A DNA stretch of 64,000 bases, from contig DAOSJI010000002.1 of NCBI GenBank assembly GCA_035367155.1, forward strand, positions 38,786 through 102,785. The letters run 5' to 3'. The translations under genes and the position numbers were made by a program. Origin of the DNA: Bacilli bacterium. Its GTDB lineage: Bacteria > Bacillota_I > Bacilli_A > RFN20 > CAG-826. Below are positions 59,501-64,000 of this stretch, one piece after another. Numbering within the stretch: position 1 is the stretch's first letter; each line of letters opens with the position of its first letter. The notes beneath the pieces were generated by a model. That model had not been told where the DNA came from, did not search any database, and saw nothing but the letters and a program-made list of their open reading frames with translations.

Positions 59501-59935
59501 ATTCCGCAAGAAACATTCAAAGATTATTCGACCACGTATATTTTTGCTTATGATGAGTCAGTTCAAAATGAAATAATAGCGAATACAAAGCGATATCCAT
59601 TAGAAAACCTTAAATGGAAAAGAAACGAAATAACATTTACGACCAACTTTGAAGATGAAAAATTCGTTATTACAACAATTCCATATGACAAAGGGTGGCA
59701 TGCTGGCTATGTTAATAAAGTAACAAAAGAAAATAGTCATATTAAAGTGTATAAAACTCATGGTGGTTTTGTTGGATTTGTAGCACCAAAAGGTGACAAT
59801 CAATATTCTCTTGTTTTTGTTCCAGAATATTTAACAAGTGGTTTATTAGCTAGTTTCGGCGGGTTCTATTTTGCAATAGTCGGCTTAGTCTATCTTCGAT
59901 ATAAAAAGAAAAAGCAGCAAGTTAAAGCTGCTTGA
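56459..59935 (+). CDS. YfhO-family (GT-C-like) giant membrane protein with an extra N-terminal 4-TM module
   Basis: The FGGDFTQQQLQFY...PLWD region is typical of the YfhO start but occurs about 200 residues in. The real start is probably an internal Met (for example 56495), because the track start overlaps the upstream gene by 53 nt. Confidence 0.7.
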   Translation: MLKTTIQLMIQKMVTKSKRTIIFNYLHVTLLALFYLVTLMVAPRGQYDKGVAPLLWFIFITVILVSLITINIILIIRKKQDKKRIFAILTTLLSLFPFYQSLRRLASLLSPVNSLYTEFPVLAILFILIFLLYLICAVTFLINQLTIIDKEYETVKEEKLNLQKRWTIFLERFGRTENPLYFYIISLFIIAILFFSSSLFKESFTIPFGGDFTQQQLQFYINGYDDYWSFFKTGQFPLWDTNTFLGVNNIGSNAFYYALNPFFLPILVFPRSLVPQGISVLMITKFVLAALSMRAYLKYMGIKETTARLFALMYAFCGWNVYYLWFNHFMEVTVMFPLVFLGIEKVFKERQPFFLALSLAIMGLANYFFLVTTCMVGVLYAGFRYIQLFSKFPNNRVRLEVIGIGFLGFLFGILGSGIAFLPGLDVARNSDRVTNATYLDNLKSTFKAKDWKTLVAYLTKWETQNESFEYKKFYPLISFLFPTISDRSVTLLNRSSYDNTISSLFTFTPITLLLIPSLIHSFKKRKASPFIALGLFLLAIFTPFAYNLFHGFTKEYGRWQLFPVFLLITYVASSYEERKEFKRWYFDVSFVVIALLMGITYLWAFNYQNKNTFTFLFQREYVAYYQFGVLFVVYLTFRYMYEKKVVSPILFALTTIEVVIMGVLTLNFHGTISYQNHVFGGQINYKHDEEVTRKIKSLDGSYYRVYSTSARKGRDNLPMALDYNGVTTFHSLYNFELMDFNYWSKINYNYLGWSLGVHEKRPFLDQFLNIKYYVMKPSEANPTIEEKDNVILRPNVPLTHILYEEMSTEHRLVYGNENHFNTGFAVDNIMSYEQFDGEKIVDVVRNSGRTGIIKIEELYLKSAILSFDDFNEVKKNHPTFNEIDFKYYQMNAHQYSNNLSSDFGFSKTIYYCSKEFPITKLNSNELNLRSCTVFNVGSKPHVGIVFERNNGEPFLFNSGSIIFQYPIAAKANIYLLGTDGSVVTYDNHTSPSGSTTYKVLRGFSASKAIKRIIIIPQETFKDYSTTYIFAYDESVQNEIIANTKRYPLENLKWKRNEITFTTNFEDEKFVITTIPYDKGWHAGYVNKVTKENSHIKVYKTHGGFVGFVAPKGDNQYSLVFVPEYLTSGLLASFGGFYFAIVGLVYLRYKKKKQQVKAA

Positions 59936-59953
59936 TTAAAACGATATTAAAAA

Positions 59954-60799
59954 TTAATTATCAGTCAAAAATGCACGATATAGTGCGTTTTTGCTAACGT
60001 TATTTAGGAGACTTACAATTTTACAAGCCTCTTTTAATGAATAGTTTTCTTTTAGAAGAAGGGAGACTTGTTTTTTTGCATCTTCGAATTTTTTATCTAT
60101 ATTTGAACTTGTATTTCCTTCAACTACAATTACAATTTCTCCTTTTATAGATGTATAGTCAAAAGTTAAAAATTCTTCTAATGTCCCGTATAAATATTCT
60201 TCGTTTATTTTCGTTAATTCTCTAGCCAATGTAACTTTTCTATTACCAAGGATATTATATAAATAATTCATTGTTCTTTGTATTCTATGAGGAGATTCAT
60301 AAAAGATTAATGATTCTTTTCTTTCTCTAAGGAGACACTCCTCTTCAATTGATAAATTTAATTTTGAAGGTAAAAATCCATGAAAATAAAAAGAAGAAGT
60401 CGAGATTCCACTTCCAATAAGTGCTGGTAAAAGAGCACTAGGCCCATTAACTACACTAATATGTATGTCATTATTCAATAATTCGTTTACTAATATTGCT
60501 CCTGGATCACTAATAAGCGGATAACCTGCATCAGAAACATAAGCACCAGACAGCCCTTTTTTAATTTGATTAATTATTTCTAAAGCTTTTTCTTTCTCAT
60601 TATGCTCAAAAAGACTAATTAAAGGTTTTGAAATTTTATAATGAGAAAGAAGAACATTAGTTACACGAGTGTCTTCGCAAGCAATAAAATCTACGTTATT
60701 TAAAATTTCGATTGCCCGATTAGAAAATTCGCTTAAGTTTCCTATTGGAGTAGCAACAAAATAAAAAGGTATCTTTGTGAAAGATTTATTCCTCTTCAT
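59954..60799 (-). CDS. rsmI: 16S rRNA (cytidine1402-2'-O)-methyltransferase
   Basis: FYFVATPIGNLSEFSNRAIEILNNVDFIACEDTRVT. Confidence 0.93.
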   Translation of the reverse strand: MKRNKSFTKIPFYFVATPIGNLSEFSNRAIEILNNVDFIACEDTRVTNVLLSHYKISKPLISLFEHNEKEKALEIINQIKKGLSGAYVSDAGYPLISDPGAILVNELLNNDIHISVVNGPSALLPALIGSGISTSSFYFHGFLPSKLNLSIEEECLLRERKESLIFYESPHRIQRTMNYLYNILGNRKVTLARELTKINEEYLYGTLEEFLTFDYTSIKGEIVIVVEGNTSSNIDKKFEDAKKQVSLLLKENYSLKEACKIVSLLNNVSKNALYRAFLTDN

Positions 60800-61619
60800 T
60801 AGGATTTTTCCACTTCCCTTTTATTTCATCCAAACTGACAATAATACTGTCATTTTCATTGGTCAATTTAATTTCTTCACTAATAACATTGAAAGAATTT
60901 ACGAAATATTTCTCCCCTCGTAACTTAATAGCCTGTCCAATGGGAGGAAATTTCTTATTTGCTTCTTTATAATAATCATCCTCATACGCTAAACAACACA
61001 TTAATCTAGAGCATTGCCCGGTTAGTTTTGGGATGTTCAGTGTTAAATTTTGATTTTTAGCACGATTAATTGATATGCCATCAAAATCACGTAAAAACGA
61101 ATTACAACATAACGGAAGGCCACAGACCCCAACACCACCGACGAGCTTCGCCTTATCACGGCTTCCAATTTGTCTAAGCTCTATGCGAGTTCTTAGTTGT
61201 GAAGCTAGTATTTTTAAAAGTTCTCTAAAATCAACGCGTTGATCTGCAACATAGGTAAATATTATTTTATCGCGATCGAAAGTGTATTCTGCACTAATTA
61301 AATGCATATCAAGCTTTAAATACTCTATTTGTTTTGCGCAAAAAGCAAGTGCTTCTTGGGCGTCATTTAAATTTTGATAATGACGTGCTGTTTCATTTTT
61401 GTCCGCTTTTTTTATAATAGGTTTAAGTGCTAAGTCACTTTTATATTCGCTCATTGGTAATGGCTCACGAACAACAACACCTACCTCGGTACCTCTAATG
61501 GTTTCAACAATTACATATTCACCATTTTTAAATTCGTCAGTAGGACATGAAAAATAATATGGTTTTGAGCCTCTACTAAAGGCGATTGATAAGAAAAATT
61601 GATTTATATTATCTGACAT
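60786..61619 (-). CDS. ricT: PSP1-domain protein YaaT/RicT
   Basis: Cys-rich PSP1 region GVCGLPLCCNSFL...CSRLMCCL. Conserved holB-yaaT position. Confidence 0.88.
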   Translation of the reverse strand: MSDNINQFFLSIAFSRGSKPYYFSCPTDEFKNGEYVIVETIRGTEVGVVVREPLPMSEYKSDLALKPIIKKADKNETARHYQNLNDAQEALAFCAKQIEYLKLDMHLISAEYTFDRDKIIFTYVADQRVDFRELLKILASQLRTRIELRQIGSRDKAKLVGGVGVCGLPLCCNSFLRDFDGISINRAKNQNLTLNIPKLTGQCSRLMCCLAYEDDYYKEANKKFPPIGQAIKLRGEKYFVNSFNVISEEIKLTNENDSIIVSLDEIKGKWKNPNEEE

Positions 61620-62613
61620 CAGTACCCTCCTTGTAAATAGTTATAGCTAAATGATCAAACAGAAGTGGGATATTCACATACGAATCTAATCGTGTAAGAC
61701 TCTCAATGAAAGTAATTAAAATTTTTTCAGGGTTTTCAATTTTGGTAGAGAGGTCTTTAATCAATGGTTCATAACTTTTAAGAGTTATGTCCGCATTTAG
61801 TTTATAGTTTACCAAATCTTTGATGAAAATCGTAAATAATTCAAGATAACGACGGGCAGAATCTCTAGTTTTTGCGCCATAAGCAAACACCTTACTAACT
61901 TCCGTTTGTATAAATAATACACCTTCTTTAATATTGTTATTAAATGTATTTAATGTATTCATAATTAAATCATAAATTTTAAGATATTCCTCATCCTTAA
62001 CTTTTTCACTTATTATTTCAGCCACATTAAAAAAGTTAACTAATATTTCACTATGCAAGCGGGAAATGTTAAATTCATCGCATTTTTGTAGGATTAATTT
62101 TGAAGGAAGTAAGGATAATATAAGTTTTTGCGAACGAGATAAAATTGTAGGCAAAACATTTTCCTCGCTTTCAGTAGTTAGAAAGGCATAAATTTCTTGA
62201 CTAGGCTCTTCTAAAAATTTAAGTAACGCATTACTAGCTTCGGGCGTCATTTTTTCAACTAAATGAATCACATAAATTAATGTTCCGCCCTTTTCTATAG
62301 CAGTAGAAGAGAAAGATGTTTCTAAATTTCTAATATCACTAATTTTAATAGTCCCCTCGCGACCATCAAGAAAGATAAAATCAGGATTAAGTCCTTGGCT
62401 AAAACGATGACAACTAATGCAATTATCACAAGCAAGAGGATTTCGTTTTTCGCAAACAAGTGTTTTAGCAAGGTGTGTCGCTACTTCGATTAAAGGAGTA
62501 CCTGATCCACCTTTAATTAGATATGCATGTGAAAGACTATTGTTAGTAAGAGCATTAACAAAGGTTTTATATAATGGTTTTTGATATTCTTTTAAGTAGT
62601 GACTAACATCCAT
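61609..62613 (-). CDS. holB: DNA polymerase III delta' subunit
   Basis: SHAYLIKGGSGTP and a zinc-module Cys cluster (CEKRNPLACDNCISC). Conserved tmk-holB order. Confidence 0.85.
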   Translation of the reverse strand: MDVSHYLKEYQKPLYKTFVNALTNNSLSHAYLIKGGSGTPLIEVATHLAKTLVCEKRNPLACDNCISCHRFSQGLNPDFIFLDGREGTIKISDIRNLETSFSSTAIEKGGTLIYVIHLVEKMTPEASNALLKFLEEPSQEIYAFLTTESEENVLPTILSRSQKLILSLLPSKLILQKCDEFNISRLHSEILVNFFNVAEIISEKVKDEEYLKIYDLIMNTLNTFNNNIKEGVLFIQTEVSKVFAYGAKTRDSARRYLELFTIFIKDLVNYKLNADITLKSYEPLIKDLSTKIENPEKILITFIESLTRLDSYVNIPLLFDHLAITIYKEGTDVR

Positions 62614-63229
62614 TTTCTAATTTATCTAGTACAATTTTTAACGCATCATTTGCAACACAATTTAATTCTTGTGATGCATCTATTATGCGATAACGATCTT
62701 TATATTTAATTGAAAGTTCTAAAAAAGTTTGGCGAACTTTTTGATGGAAAGTAAGTTCTTCTAAATCAAGACGATTTATTTCATAAGATCTGTTTTTCTT
62801 AATTCTGCGCAAACCTATTTCTGGATCAACATCAAAAAGAAGAGTTAAATCAGGATAAGAACCTTCAGTAGCAAATAAATTAATATTTAATACTTCGTTA
62901 ACTCCAAGTCCGCGAGCACCCCCTTGATACGCAAGAGAAGAATCTAAGTATCGATCACAAATAACGATTTTTCCTTCCTCTAAAGCAGGCCAAACTTTTT
63001 CCTTGAGGTGTTGGCGTCTGCTTGCAGCATATAATAGAGCTTCTGCACGAGCATCTAAGAGTGTGTTTTTCTTATCTAAAATAATATCACGAATTTGTTC
63101 TGCTATTGGTGTTCCTCCAGGTTCTCGAGTAAAAAGCACGTCATAGCCTCTTTTAGTCAATTCAGCAATTAAAATTTTAGTTACGCTTGTTTTTCCGCTA
63201 CCTTCAGGTCCTTCTAGTGTTATAAACAT
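62603..63229 (-). CDS. tmk: Thymidylate kinase
   Basis: P-loop FITLEGPEGSGKTS, plus DRY and the LID region. Confidence 0.95.
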   Translation of the reverse strand: MFITLEGPEGSGKTSVTKILIAELTKRGYDVLFTREPGGTPIAEQIRDIILDKKNTLLDARAEALLYAASRRQHLKEKVWPALEEGKIVICDRYLDSSLAYQGGARGLGVNEVLNINLFATEGSYPDLTLLFDVDPEIGLRRIKKNRSYEINRLDLEELTFHQKVRQTFLELSIKYKDRYRIIDASQELNCVANDALKIVLDKLENGC

Positions 63230-63240
63230 AATAAATCCCC

Positions 63241-63840
63241 CTATTTAATTTCTTTTCTACTTTCTAATGATTTATGTAGTGTTAAGCTATCAACATAATC
63301 AATTTGACTTCCCATAGATACTCCGTATCCAATGCGTGTTACTTTAACTGGGATATCTTCTAGTAATTTCGCTATATACAGTGCAGTAGTTTCCCCTTCA
63401 ATATTTGGGTTGGTGGCAATAATAATTTCCTTAGTTTTTTCTTTATTTATACGTTCGATTAGAGAGTCAATATTTAAATCACTAATTTTAGTCAGAGAAG
63501 TTGCTCCAACAAGGCCACCTAATACATGATAACGACCGTTAAAATTAGCTAATTGTTCAAACCCTATAATGTCATTAGGTTTTGCAACAACAATAATTAA
63601 ATCGTCAGTTCTATCTAAGTTGCTACAAATTGAACATACTACATTTTCAGTATATAAACCGCAAATTGGGCATGGATGTATTTTCTTTTTTATTTCAGAT
63701 ATTTTAGTAGCTAAATCATCTAAATCTTTTTGTTGAAAATTCAACAAGGCAAAAGCCATACGCTCAGCTGATTTTGAACCAACACCGGGTAATCTTTTAA
63801 GAGCATCTATTAATTCTTCAAGTGAGCGAAGTCTCTCCAT
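63241..63840 (-). CDS. recR: Recombination protein RecR
   Basis: HhH LPGVGSKSAERMAF, zinc finger CPICGLYTENVVCSIC and a Toprim domain. Confidence 0.97.
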   Translation of the reverse strand: MERLRSLEELIDALKRLPGVGSKSAERMAFALLNFQQKDLDDLATKISEIKKKIHPCPICGLYTENVVCSICSNLDRTDDLIIVVAKPNDIIGFEQLANFNGRYHVLGGLVGATSLTKISDLNIDSLIERINKEKTKEIIIATNPNIEGETTALYIAKLLEDIPVKVTRIGYGVSMGSQIDYVDSLTLHKSLESRKEIK

Positions 63841-63841
63841 G

Positions 63842-64000
63842 TTAAAAACCTCCTGGAAGCCCTCCAGTTACTTCAATGTTAATTTTTTCTTCCGCCTCTT
63901 TAATTTTTTCAAGACATTCGTTGAAAGCTAAAATTAGCATTGTTTCTACCATTTCTTTGTTGTCCTTTTCTAACAAATCTTCATTTATATCAATTTCAAC
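63842..64000 (-). CDS. ybaB: Nucleoid-associated protein YbaB/EbfC (only the C-terminal 52 codons are in the window)
   Basis: My own translation of the minus strand gives VEIDINEDLLEKDNKEMVETMLILAFNECLEKIKEAEEKINIEVTGGLPGGF plus stop. Conserved position upstream of recR. Confidence 0.85.
   Translation of the reverse strand, partial: VEIDINEDLLEKDNKEMVETMLILAFNECLEKIKEAEEKINIEVTGGLPGGF

Overview
This is the replication-origin window of an AT-rich chromosome that uses the standard genetic code. TGA acts as a stop in ATGA start/stop overlaps at 16857-16860, 28914-28917 and 53222-53225. Gene content looks Bacillota/Mycoplasmatota-like (Acholeplasma- or Erysipelotrichia-like), but the taxon cannot be fixed from sequence alone.

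rpmH-rnpA-yidC-jag on the minus strand and dnaA-dnaN-yaaA-recF-gyrB-gyrA on the plus strand diverge from a DnaA-box-rich oriC at about 18.8-19.3 kb. Almost every gene between 2.5 kb and 59.9 kb is co-oriented with replication.

Core housekeeping genes:
- ppdK (5' partial), glmU, ispE, rsmA, rnmV, tatD-like, mnmE, serS
- a miniature SRP RNA (not in the ORF track), tadA, psuG, rsmI, yaaT/ricT, holB, tmk, recR, ybaB (3' part only)

Accessory content of interest:
1. An 8-kb, translationally coupled, carrier-protein-dependent lipid acylation/scavenging-like operon (8.2-16.2 kb) sits between jag and mnmE. It encodes two adenylases, two carrier domains, two PlsC-type acyltransferases, an LRAT/PLAAT-like thiol acyltransferase, a GPH/MFS_2 transporter and an Sfp-type PPTase.
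2. A glycan cluster (42.2-50.3 kb) has no recognisable Wzx/Wzy. It is centred on an 890-aa chimeric protein built from degenerate SDR, degenerate P-loop and FtsX-like modules.
3. An internally duplicated DUF1538-like membrane protein is followed by two tandem PII-like proteins and an N-terminally extended YfhO-like giant membrane protein (54.2-59.9 kb).
4. A [FeFe]-hydrogenase-like gene is embedded in an operon with a small kinase, MazG and a pseudouridine synthase.

I saw no rRNA, tRNA, CRISPR array, transposase, integrase or prophage genes. All functional calls come from motif and synteny recognition by eye, with no database search, so family assignments for non-core genes are hypotheses.
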